64,000 nt of DNA from the NCBI GenBank assembly GCA_045806245.1, contig JBJMJR010000012.1, positions 3,941 to 67,940 on the forward strand, given 5' to 3'. The notes below the pieces were generated by a model. It worked only from the letters and a program-made list of their open reading frames with translations. It was not told the origin of the DNA and did not search any database. The first letter of the stretch is position 1; each line of letters opens with the position of its first letter. This DNA is from Gaiellaceae bacterium. Its GTDB lineage: Bacteria > Actinomycetota > Thermoleophilia > Gaiellales > Gaiellaceae. The position numbers and the translations under genes were made by a program. Shown in pieces: positions 27,782-35,933 of this stretch.

Positions 27782-29080
27782 TCACGCGGCGTTCGCGTCG
27801 GCCGGCGGCGCTTCGTGGTCGGCCGAGCGGACGGGCAGTTCCAGGGTTTGTGGCGGCTGCGTGGCCTTCTCGATCGCGATGACCTCGGGCAGTGCTTTCG
27901 ACGTCGACACGCCTTGATCAGAGAATTTCCTGGCTGAGACGAGAACCCGACGCTCGAAAGAACCGACGGTCTGGTTGTACGCCTGCACGGAACCGTCGAG
28001 GCGCTTCCCCAGCGTGACGAAATGCTCGGCCATCGTGCCGAGTCGCTCGTACAGCTCTCGGCCGAGCTCGCTGATCGCCCGTGCGCTCTGCGCCACCTGT
28101 TCCTCTCGCCAGCTCGAGGCGATTGTGCGGAGCATGGTGATGAGCGTGGCCGGGCTCGCGAGCACGATCCCCGAGGCGGCGGGTTGCTCGAGGAGTGACG
28201 GGTCCTGCTCGATCGCGGCGCGGAAGAAGCTTTCGCCCGGCAGGAACAGCACGACGAAATCGGGTGCCGAGTCGAACTGCTTCCAATACGACTTCGCTTT
28301 GAGCGCAGCGACGTGGTCTCGAACGTTGCGCGCGAAATCCGCGAGCCTTTGCGCTCGAACGGCTTCGTCCTCGGTCTGCGACGCATCCAGCAGGGCCTGG
28401 ATCGGGGTCTTCGCGTCGACGACAACCGTGCGGCCGCCCGGAAGCCTGACGATCAGATCAGGGCGGAGCAGGTGGTCTTCGTCTCCGCGCCCCGTCGCCT
28501 GAACGACGAAATCGCAGTACGCGAGCATCCCCGCGGCTTCCACCGCGTTCTTCAGCTGCATCTCGCCCCAACGGCCGTGAACGGAGGGTGTCCTCAGCGC
28601 AGTGACGAGTGTCCCGGTTTCGGCACGGAGCTTGTCGTTCGCTTCTGCCACCTGCCGCAACAGTGCGCTCAGCTGTCCGAGGTCTTGCCGGCGGGCCTGG
28701 TCGAGCGTCTTCACTTCGGTGCCGACCTTGTCGAGGGATTCCTTGATAGGCCCGACGAGGTTCTCCACGGCCTTTTGTCGTGAGTCGAGGTCGTGTGTCG
28801 CCTTCAGCTGCAGCTGCTCGAACTGCGTCTTTGCGAGCCGCATGAACTGTTCGCTGTTCCCGCGCAACGCCTCGCCGCACATCGCCTGAAGTTGGGTCGA
28901 AAGCTGCGCTCGAGCCTCTGTCAAAACCGCCACCTTCTCGGAAGCGGTCGACCGCTCGTGCTCGATCTCCAGCTCGAGGCGGGTCACTGCAATGCCAAGG
29001 CGAAGCCGCGCGATCAGCCAAGCGATCGCCGCGCCAACAATGACTCCAATGGTGAGCAGAAGAAACCCCATGCGAGCCAA
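27782..29080 (-). CDS. rmuC: DNA recombination protein RmuC
   Basis: N-terminal TM helix plus long coiled coil, then an RmuC nuclease-like core ('RPDLIVRLPGGRTVVVDAKTP', 'FVVLFLPGE'). Its stop lies 1 nt from the convergent baeRF stop. Confidence 0.8.
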   Translation of the reverse strand: MARMGFLLLTIGVIVGAAIAWLIARLRLGIAVTRLELEIEHERSTASEKVAVLTEARAQLSTQLQAMCGEALRGNSEQFMRLAKTQFEQLQLKATHDLDSRQKAVENLVGPIKESLDKVGTEVKTLDQARRQDLGQLSALLRQVAEANDKLRAETGTLVTALRTPSVHGRWGEMQLKNAVEAAGMLAYCDFVVQATGRGDEDHLLRPDLIVRLPGGRTVVVDAKTPIQALLDASQTEDEAVRAQRLADFARNVRDHVAALKAKSYWKQFDSAPDFVVLFLPGESFFRAAIEQDPSLLEQPAASGIVLASPATLITMLRTIASSWREEQVAQSARAISELGRELYERLGTMAEHFVTLGKRLDGSVQAYNQTVGSFERRVLVSARKFSDQGVSTSKALPEVIAIEKATQPPQTLELPVRSADHEAPPADANAA

Positions 29081-29136
29081 CGAACGATAGGTACGGGGTC
29101 GGACGGAGCCGTCAGAAGGCCCCGCCCGACCGGGGC

Positions 29137-29334
29137 TCAGGCGTTTTCGCGGTCTACGTGGGCCTCGGCGGCCTGCTGGCGCTGCTCCGCGGCCATCTCT
29201 TCGTGCTGGGCGGCACGGTCTTGCGCGGCACCCTCACGCTCCTGCGCTGCCCCTTCGCGGCGCATGGAAGCGTCGCCCATCACGTCGCCGGCGGCTTTCT
29301 TGCTGCGGCCGAGGATCTTGTCCAGGAGTCCCAT
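29137..29334 (-). CDS. CsbD-like small stress protein
   Basis: Start re-called to ATG 29334. 65 aa. 'KKAAGDVMGDASMRREG' resembles the CsbD repeat K..AG.VTGD..L..EG. Confidence 0.55.
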   Translation of the reverse strand: MGLLDKILGRSKKAAGDVMGDASMRREGAAQEREGAAQDRAAQHEEMAAEQRQQAAEAHVDRENA

Positions 29335-29382
29335 GTGTCCCTTTCGTCGGGTCAGCACATCTTAGGTTCTCAACCGGTCCAC

Positions 29383-29428
29383 AAAAAAACGCCAAAGCCG
29401 GCGAACCCGAGGGTTCATCGGCTTTGGC
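29383..29428 (-). terminator. strong intrinsic terminator-like hairpin + U7 tract in the csbD-like upstream region
   Basis: The minus strand reads GCCAAAGCCG-AU-GAACC-CUCG-GGUUC-GC-CGGCUUUGGC followed by GUUUUUUUG. Confidence 0.55.
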
Positions 29429-29434
29429 TCGCGC

Positions 29435-29464
29435 ACTCTATGACAAGTGGAGCTGATGCGTCAA
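29435..29464 (-). promoter_or_regulatory. candidate sigma70-type promoter (TTGACG-18-TAGAGT) firing into the hairpin at 29428
   Basis: On the minus strand, -35 TTGACG (29464..29459) and -10 TAGAGT (29440..29435). The predicted TSS is about the first base of the terminator hairpin. Confidence 0.3.
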
Positions 29465-29544
29465 GAGCCGTGGCCGACGAAAAAACGTGCACGTTGCGAG
29501 CTTCCGCAAGCGCTCGGCGCCCATCGGTACCCTTCGGCCCGCGC

Positions 29545-30258
29545 GTGGCGAAAAAAGTCCGCACTCCACCTCCGCCCAGGCGAGTCCAGGCACCACAGAA
29601 GCGTGAGACGCGCCGGGCCGCGGGCGTCTCGACGCGCCCGCCGTGGTTCTATGCCGCCATCGGCGCCGGAGCCGTCGTGGTCGTGGCCGCGATCGTGGTC
29701 GGCGTGCTCCTCGCCCGCAACGGCGGCAGCGGCAGCAGCTCGACGTCCGAGGCGACGGTCGCGAGCTACAACAAGCTCCCGGGGGTCCGCAAGACGAAGG
29801 CGCCGTGGCCGCCCGAGTACCAGTTCCTCGCCGACCGGCTCCTGCCGCTGGGCCTGACGACCCTCCCGCAGGAGGCCGTCAACACCCATTACCACTCGCA
29901 CCTCGACATCTTCGCCGACGGCAAGAAGATCAAGGTCCCGGCGCTGATCGGGATCAACGTCGGGGCGCAGTACCTGACGCAGCTCCACACGCACGACACG
30001 CGCGGCGTGATCCACGTCGAGTCCCCGAAGGCGAAGGACCACTACACGCTCGGGCAGTTCGTCGCGGAATGGGGGGTCTTCCTGAACGGGCGCTGCATCG
30101 GCGCCTACTGCAACGGGCTCAAGTGGTACGTGAACGGGAAGCTCCAGACGGGCAATCCCCAGACCTACACGCTGAACTCCCACGACGAGATCGCGATCGT
30201 CGTCGGCACGCCTCCGAAGACGATCCCCAAGAGCTACCAGTTCCTCGCTGGGGAATGA
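29545..30258 (+). CDS. membrane-anchored exported protein with His-rich motifs, unknown function
   Basis: The track ORF 29158..30258 is over-extended. GTG 29545 is preferred because GC3 rises there (alternative ATG 29440). One TM helix 'AAIGAGAVVVVAAIVVGVLL', then 'HYHSHLDIF' and 'LHTHDTRGVIHVE'. Confidence 0.5.
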   Translation: MAKKVRTPPPPRRVQAPQKRETRRAAGVSTRPPWFYAAIGAGAVVVVAAIVVGVLLARNGGSGSSSTSEATVASYNKLPGVRKTKAPWPPEYQFLADRLLPLGLTTLPQEAVNTHYHSHLDIFADGKKIKVPALIGINVGAQYLTQLHTHDTRGVIHVESPKAKDHYTLGQFVAEWGVFLNGRCIGAYCNGLKWYVNGKLQTGNPQTYTLNSHDEIAIVVGTPPKTIPKSYQFLAGE

Positions 30259-30260
30259 GG

Positions 30261-30349
30261 TGCCGGGGGCGGGACTCGAACCCGCACGCCCCGCTACGGG
30301 GACAGCCGATTTTAAGTCGGCCGCGTATCGCCAGTTTCGCCACCCCGGC
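30261..30349 (-). tRNA. tRNA-Leu (anticodon UAA)
   Basis: Hand-folded. Acceptor GCCGGGG/CCCCGGC, anticodon stem GCCGA/TCGGC with loop CTTAAAA, long variable arm, T-arm TGCGG-GTTCGAGT-CCCGC. CCA is not encoded. Confidence 0.85.
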
Positions 30350-30372
30350 GTAGGCCAGGATAGCCTCCGGTC

Positions 30373-31662
30373 GTGGCGAAGCTAGAGGAGCTGACGGCCG
30401 AAGAGGTCCAGCTCGAATGGGACACGCCGCTCTTCCGCACGGCGCAGCGACAGTTCGAGCAGGCAATTCCCTACGCGGAGGTCAACGACTCGATCGTCGA
30501 GCGCCTGCGCTATCCGGAGCGGGCGGTGATGGTCACGGTTCCGATCCGCCGCGAGGAGGGGCATGTCGAAGTGTTCCCGGCGTACCGCGTGCAGCATTCG
30601 AGCGTCCTCGGCCCGACGAAGGGCGGAATCCGTTACGACCCGCACGTGACGCTCGGCGAATGTGCCGCGCTCGCCGTCTGGATGACATGGAAGTGCGCGC
30701 TCCTCCGCCTGCCGTACGGAGGAGCGAAAGGCGGGGTGCGCTGCAACCCGCGTGCGCTCTCGATGACCGAGCTGCAGCGGCTGACCCGCCGCTACACGAG
30801 CGAGCTGCGCGGCGTCATCGGTCCGCAGGAGGACATCCCGGCGCCGGACATGGCGACGAACGAGCAGACGATGGCGTGGATCATGGACACATACTCGATG
30901 CAGGTCGGGTATGCCGTCCCTGAGATCGTGACCGGCAAGCCGATCGCGTTGGGCGGATCGCTCTTCCGCCACGAGGCGACCGGCGCCGGTGTCGTGATGG
31001 TGATCGAGCGAGCGTGCCAGCGGCTCGGCTGGAATCTCGCCGAGCAGTCGTGCGTGGTGCAGGGGTTCGGCAACGTGGGCGGCATCGCCGCGCAGGAGCT
31101 CGCCGGGAAAGGCGCGCGCGTGCTCGCCGTCTCGGACATCTCCGGCGGCATCTACTCGCCCGACGGGCTCGACCTCGGCGTGCTGCGCGCCTGGATCGCG
31201 GAGCACGGCACGCTCGAGGAGTACCCCGACGCCAAGCACGTCAGCAACGCCGAGCTGCTCGAGCTTCCGTGCGACGTGCTCGTGCTCGCCGCGCTGGAGA
31301 ACCAGATCACCGCCGAGAATGCGCCGCGACTGCAGACGAGGATGCTCGTCGAGGGTGCAAACGGGCCGACGTCGATCGAGGCGGACGCGATCCTGGGCGA
31401 GCGCGGCATTCCCGTCCTGCCGGACGTGCTCACGAACGCCGGCGGGGTCACGGTGTCGTACTTCGAGTGGGTCCAGGATCTCGGCCGTCTCTTCTGGACG
31501 CGTGACGAGATCCGCGCGCGACTCGCCGACAAGCTCGGCGACGCCTTCGACCGGGTGTGGCAGCTCGCCGACGACAAGGCCATCTCCCTTCGCCAGGCGG
31601 CGCTCGTTGCCGGGATCAACGAAGTCGCCGGCGCTCTGAAGGCGCGGGGCATCTACCCGTGA
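30373..31662 (+). CDS. gdhA: NAD(P)-specific glutamate dehydrogenase
   Basis: 'GPTKGGIRYDP', 'LPYGGAKGG', and Rossmann motif 'VQGFGNVGG'. GTG start 23 nt from the tRNA-Leu 5' end. Confidence 0.9.
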   Translation: MAKLEELTAEEVQLEWDTPLFRTAQRQFEQAIPYAEVNDSIVERLRYPERAVMVTVPIRREEGHVEVFPAYRVQHSSVLGPTKGGIRYDPHVTLGECAALAVWMTWKCALLRLPYGGAKGGVRCNPRALSMTELQRLTRRYTSELRGVIGPQEDIPAPDMATNEQTMAWIMDTYSMQVGYAVPEIVTGKPIALGGSLFRHEATGAGVVMVIERACQRLGWNLAEQSCVVQGFGNVGGIAAQELAGKGARVLAVSDISGGIYSPDGLDLGVLRAWIAEHGTLEEYPDAKHVSNAELLELPCDVLVLAALENQITAENAPRLQTRMLVEGANGPTSIEADAILGERGIPVLPDVLTNAGGVTVSYFEWVQDLGRLFWTRDEIRARLADKLGDAFDRVWQLADDKAISLRQAALVAGINEVAGALKARGIYP

Positions 31663-32060
31663 GCCAGGTGCGCGACGCGATGGTTCCCGAGCCGGGGACG
31701 CTGGAGGCGTCGGCCTCGGCGCAGGAGGCCGGCGAACGGCTGTCGGCTCCCGCCGTGCGTGCCGTGCTCGTGTGCGACGACGGGCGGCTCGTGGGTGTCG
31801 TGACGCGCAAGACGCTCGTGCAGCAGATCGTCGCGACGGGACGCGATCCGCGCGCGACGACGCTGCGCGACATTGCCGAGCCGCCGCTCTTCACGCTCGA
31901 CGCGTCCATGAACCTGGACGATGCGTACCGCGCGTTGGAGGACCACGATCTGGAGCGCGTGCCGGTCGTCGAGGACGACCGTCTCGTCGGGATCCTCTCG
32001 CGCACGGTCCTGCAGCGGCGTCTCGCCGAGGACGAGCCGCCGCCTCAGCAGCAGGTGTAG
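31659..32060 (+). CDS. stand-alone CBS-pair domain protein
   Basis: Start re-called to GTG 31659 (GTGA overlap with the gdhA stop). Two CBS motifs ('LVCDDGRLVGVVTRKTL', 'VPVVEDDRLVGILSRTVL'). Confidence 0.75.
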   Translation: MSQVRDAMVPEPGTLEASASAQEAGERLSAPAVRAVLVCDDGRLVGVVTRKTLVQQIVATGRDPRATTLRDIAEPPLFTLDASMNLDDAYRALEDHDLERVPVVEDDRLVGILSRTVLQRRLAEDEPPPQQQV

Positions 32061-33010
32061 GCGCCCGGCGGCGCCGCGCCCTCTTCCTCGTTCGGCAACT
32101 CCGCCGCAGCGAGCGCGGCACCGTCGAGGATGTCGCGCTCGCTGATCTCGAGCGCGTCGAGGCCGAAGAACGCGAGCGTCTCGCGCGCGATCACCGCACC
32201 GGCGACGATGACTGGCGCGCGCGCGGGATCGAGCGGCCGCATCCTCGTCCGCTCCGTAGCCGGAACGGCGGCGAGGCGATCGAGTTGCCCGCGCAGAGCG
32301 GCGGCGGTCAGGTGCGAGCCGTGCACGCGCTCGGCGTCGTATTCCTCGAGGTCGAGCGCGAGTGCGGCGAGGCTGGTGATCGTCCCGGCGACGCCGATCG
32401 CCGCCGTCGTGTCCTTGCGAATCTCGTCGGGCACGCGCTCGGCGAGGAGCGCCCGCACCGCATCCGCGCACGTCTGCAGTTCTTCCGCGCTCGGCGGATC
32501 GGAGTGGAGGAAGCGTTCCGTCAGCCGGACCGACCCGATGTCGAGGCTGTCGTGCCAGCGCACGCCGTCCGGCTCGCCGGCGACGAGCTCGGTCGAGCCG
32601 CCGCCAATGTCGACGATCACGGTGCCGGCGTCGACGGTACGCCCGGAGGTGACGCCGCGGAACGTCATCAGCGCTTCGTCGTGTCCGGACAGGAGGCGCG
32701 TGGCGAACCCGTAGCTCCACTCGACCTCGCCGAGGAACGCCTCACCGTTTTCGGCGTCGCGGATTGCGCTCGTCGCGATCGCGAGCGTCCGCTCCGCGCC
32801 GAGGCCTTCGAGCGTGCGGCGGTAGTCGGTGAGCGTGTTGCGCACGCGCGCGATCGGAACGGGAAGCAGCCGGCGGCGCTGGTCGACGCCCTCACCGAGG
32901 CGCGTGACGCGCGTTTCGCGTTCGACGTCGGCGATGCGGCCGTCGTTCACGTCCGCAACGAGCAGTCGCGTGGAGTTCGTTCCGATGTCGACCGCCGCGA
33001 CGCGTGCCAT
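32045..33010 (-). CDS. Ppx/GppA-family exopolyphosphatase / guanosine pentaphosphate phosphohydrolase
   Basis: Start re-called to ATG 33010; the track ORF ran to 33571. 'AAVDIGTNSTRLLVA' and 'DIGGGSTE'. 16-nt convergent overlap with the CBS gene. Confidence 0.8.
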   Translation of the reverse strand: MARVAAVDIGTNSTRLLVADVNDGRIADVERETRVTRLGEGVDQRRRLLPVPIARVRNTLTDYRRTLEGLGAERTLAIATSAIRDAENGEAFLGEVEWSYGFATRLLSGHDEALMTFRGVTSGRTVDAGTVIVDIGGGSTELVAGEPDGVRWHDSLDIGSVRLTERFLHSDPPSAEELQTCADAVRALLAERVPDEIRKDTTAAIGVAGTITSLAALALDLEEYDAERVHGSHLTAAALRGQLDRLAAVPATERTRMRPLDPARAPVIVAGAVIARETLAFFGLDALEISERDILDGAALAAAELPNEEEGAAPPGAYTCC

Positions 33011-33030
33011 GCGTTCGATGCTAGCGCCGC

Positions 33031-33783
33031 GTGGGTAGAGTCTTCGCGTTGCGCCACGTCCGCCGCGTTCTCGCTCGACTCGACCCGCTTTTCCAGATTG
33101 CGCTGGTGATCGGGCTGGCGGAGGCCTACCGGCTGCTTCGCCGGCTGATCCCCACGGACTGGCCGCAGGCCGTCGGCAACGCGCACCACGTGCTGCGGCT
33201 CGAGCAGGTCTGCCACTTCGCGTGGGAGCCCGCGATCCAGCGCTGGTTCCTGCAGTTCCCGACGCTCGTGCGGGGGATGAACTGGTTCTACCTCTCCAGC
33301 CATTTCGTCGTGACGGGCGTGTTCTTCGTGTGGCTGTACTGGCGCAACCGCGAGGGCTTTGCGATCTTTCGCGACGGCTTTCTGCTGGCGACGGCGATCG
33401 CGCTCGTGATCCACTGGCGCTACCCGACGGCGCCGCCGCGGCTGGCGCAGATGGGGATGAAGGACACGATCGACCTGTACTCGGGCGTGAACATCGGGCG
33501 GCCGCACCACGAGCGCTTCTCGAACCCGGTCGCCGCCGTGCCGAGCCTGCATGCCGGGTGGGCGATCGCACTCGGCGCGGGACTGCTTTTGTACGCGCGC
33601 GGCTGGTTCGCGCGCGTGGCGGGGGTGCTGTATCCGGCAGCCGTGCTGGTGACGATCGTGGTCACCGGGAACCACTTCATCTTCGACGCGGTGGCCGGCG
33701 CGCTGGTGATGGCGGTGGGCTTCGCAGCGACGGCGCCGTTCCGCGTCAGCGCGCGCGAACCGGCCTACGTGCGGTCTGGCTGA
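33031..33783 (+). CDS. PAP2-superfamily membrane protein (PAP2_C / IPC-synthase-like)
   Basis: Multi-TM protein. 'AVPSLHAGWA' and 'GNHFIFDAVAG' fit the C2/C3 PAP2 motifs. Confidence 0.65.
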   Translation: MGRVFALRHVRRVLARLDPLFQIALVIGLAEAYRLLRRLIPTDWPQAVGNAHHVLRLEQVCHFAWEPAIQRWFLQFPTLVRGMNWFYLSSHFVVTGVFFVWLYWRNREGFAIFRDGFLLATAIALVIHWRYPTAPPRLAQMGMKDTIDLYSGVNIGRPHHERFSNPVAAVPSLHAGWAIALGAGLLLYARGWFARVAGVLYPAAVLVTIVVTGNHFIFDAVAGALVMAVGFAATAPFRVSAREPAYVRSG

Positions 33784-33816
33784 GCCGTTTGGCACGAGCT
33801 ATACTTCGGCCCGCGA

Positions 33817-33890
33817 CGCGGGGTGGAGCAGTCAGGTAGCTCGCCGGGCTCATAACCCGGAGGTCGCAGGTTCAAATCCTGCCCCCGCTA
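33817..33890 (+). tRNA. initiator tRNA-fMet (anticodon CAU)
   Basis: CGCGGGGTGGAGCAG...GGGCTCATAACCC...GGTTCAAATCC: C1:U72 mismatch and three G:C pairs closing the anticodon stem. Near-identical in design to E. coli tRNA-fMet. CCA is not encoded. Confidence 0.85.
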
Positions 33891-33893
33891 CTG

Positions 33894-33919
33894 GGAAGGC
33901 CTCGGGAACGGGGCCTTCC
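33894..33919 (+). terminator. hairpin immediately after tRNA-fMet
   Basis: GGAAGGCC-N10-GGCCTTCC (8-bp stem). No clear U tract. Confidence 0.35.
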
Positions 33920-34058
33920 GGCTTCAGGCGGTCGGGGTCGGTCCGAGACTTTTGCTCGTTTTTGCTCGCATGCTCGCGAGGCGCGCCGCATACTGGCCCG
34001 CCCGTGGGGCCTCTCTGCGAGGGGACATGCCCCGGGGCGGTCCGAATAGGAGTGGCCG

Positions 34059-35933
34059 TTACGGGTAGCTCGTCACTGTTACCGGGACGTCCGGGTTGGC
34101 GATGGTGGACGGCCCGCCTGTGTCGTTGATCACATTCAGGATGCCACCGAACCCGGCGGTGGAGAGGAAGATCGTGAGCAGGTTGTGGAGGCTGGACGCG
34201 GGGAGGGTGGCGGGAACCTCGAACGCGTTTGCGGCGTAGATGTTCACGCCCTGATTGAAGAAGCTGTAGCTGCCCATCCCATACCCGCTGAACTTGGTCA
34301 CGTTATCGGCGACCTTGAAGGCCGCCCAGCCGTCAACACCGGGAGCCTCCATCCAGGCCGCCTGGCTCGGCGGGTCATATGGCATCTCGTTCTGGAAGAA
34401 GATGTCCGTGCCGCCGTTCCCGTTCCAGGTCACCTCGTACTTTTGGTAGTGCTCGACGAACAGACCGAGTGCGGTCACGTTGTCGCCGTTGACGACGACG
34501 CCGGTGTCGGCGATGTTGCTCGTCCAGCCCACGCCGTTGCCGTGGTCGGCCCGCCAGGCCCAGATGTCGTCGAGGATGACGTTGTTGCTGTTGACGATCA
34601 GGCTGTTCGTCGCGCTGCCCGGCGCTGCTCCGCCGACTCGGAAGAACACATCCGTCAGGGCAGAAGGGTCGGAGGCCTCGTTGTCGCTGCGTGCCCGGCC
34701 GCTTCCGACCTGCAGCAGTACCGGAGAACTCGTCGGACCGGCGTCGAAGATGATCCCGGAGATGAGAATCCCCTTCGCGCGCGCGGTCGTCATCGCCGCG
34801 TTTCCGTTCGTCGGAATGAGAGTCGGGAAACCGAGGCCGAGCAGGACGCTGTCGGGTCGAGTGACGGAGATGCTCTGGTTGAGGTGATAGATGCCCGGAG
34901 TGAGGATCAGGTTGCGACCGGAGCTCAGGGCGGCGTTGATCGTTGCCGCGGAATCCGAGGGCTTCGCGACAAAGAACTTGTCGAGTGCAATGGACAAGCC
35001 GGGCGTCGGACCGTTGGCCCATGTCGTGCCCGCCGAGTTGGTCTGCACCGCGGGCACGAAGACGCTGTAGTTCCCTGCTGAGTCGGTAGTCAGGTACGGC
35101 GCCTCCCTTGTGACCGGGCTGGTCGCGAGGGTCGTGTACGTTGGGCTCGGGAAGGATTGCGCCGGAGCACCGTGGACGCCGGCGAAGACCTGGTTCCAGA
35201 CAGCGTTCGACCAGCCGCCGATGCTGCTCGATCGTACGAAGAACTGTTGCTGCGACCCGTTGATGACGAAGCCGGTCTGGGAGTCGGCGATGAAGCCGCC
35301 GCTTGCGAACTGCGGACCGGCCGTGCAGTAGTCCATCAGGGTCAGGTTGCCGCCAGTGACGTTGACCCGCCGCATCGGAGCCGCCTGCGAGACAGCCCAG
35401 AAGTCACCCGAGGACCGACAGCCCGATAGGCCCATCACATTGATCGTCAGGTTCGAGACCGAGCGCCAGAAGTTGACGAGCGCAATGCAGTTCGTGGTGG
35501 TCAAGCAGCGGTTGTAGACGTCGACGTGGCCGTTGATCGTGACGTCGTTGGGCGACGCCCCCAACCCGGCCACCTCGGTGTAGTAACCCACCCGGACGAT
35601 GAGCGGGTCCGCAGCACTGCCGTAGGTGCCGGGCTTGAACAGCAGCGTGTAACGCTGCGAGCCCATCTCGTTGTCGACCTGTTGATCGGCGATCGTGTCG
35701 ACAGTTGCCTGGATTTCACTCGTCGGCATGCTCGGATCGAAGATCAAGACGTTCGAGCCCAGATCCGGCGCAGCGGCAGCAACACGTAACGCATCGGGCG
35801 AAGCGGCCGCACCACCAGTAGCGGCGAGCGCCGCGGCAACGAAAACAACTGCGGTGATCAGCGGGCGGGCGAGCCGCCCCCGAGCACGATGCCGCGCGCG
35901 CGCGACACACGGACCATTTAGACGCGAGGCCAT
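34059..35933 (-). CDS. secreted right-handed beta-helix (pectin-lyase-fold) protein, probable polysaccharide-active enzyme
   Basis: Arg-rich signal 'RARGRLARPLITAVVFVAAALA'. Periodic beta-helix-like turns ('NLTINVMG','VNVTGGNLTL','NNVILDDIWAWRADHGNG','VVVNGDNVTALGLFVEH'). Visibly lower G+C than the flanks. Confidence 0.55.
   Translation of the reverse strand: MASRLNGPCVARARHRARGRLARPLITAVVFVAAALAATGGAAASPDALRVAAAAPDLGSNVLIFDPSMPTSEIQATVDTIADQQVDNEMGSQRYTLLFKPGTYGSAADPLIVRVGYYTEVAGLGASPNDVTINGHVDVYNRCLTTTNCIALVNFWRSVSNLTINVMGLSGCRSSGDFWAVSQAAPMRRVNVTGGNLTLMDYCTAGPQFASGGFIADSQTGFVINGSQQQFFVRSSSIGGWSNAVWNQVFAGVHGAPAQSFPSPTYTTLATSPVTREAPYLTTDSAGNYSVFVPAVQTNSAGTTWANGPTPGLSIALDKFFVAKPSDSAATINAALSSGRNLILTPGIYHLNQSISVTRPDSVLLGLGFPTLIPTNGNAAMTTARAKGILISGIIFDAGPTSSPVLLQVGSGRARSDNEASDPSALTDVFFRVGGAAPGSATNSLIVNSNNVILDDIWAWRADHGNGVGWTSNIADTGVVVNGDNVTALGLFVEHYQKYEVTWNGNGGTDIFFQNEMPYDPPSQAAWMEAPGVDGWAAFKVADNVTKFSGYGMGSYSFFNQGVNIYAANAFEVPATLPASSLHNLLTIFLSTAGFGGILNVINDTGGPSTIANPDVPVTVTSYP

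Noticed and set aside
29461-30183. 240-aa minus-strand ORF that would sit between tRNA-Leu and the minus-strand terminator at 29383-29428
   Set aside because: Its composition is shadow-like (R/D/E/V/L runs). The plus-strand frame has a clean TM helix and His-rich motifs. The terminator is better explained as part of the csbD-like upstream region.
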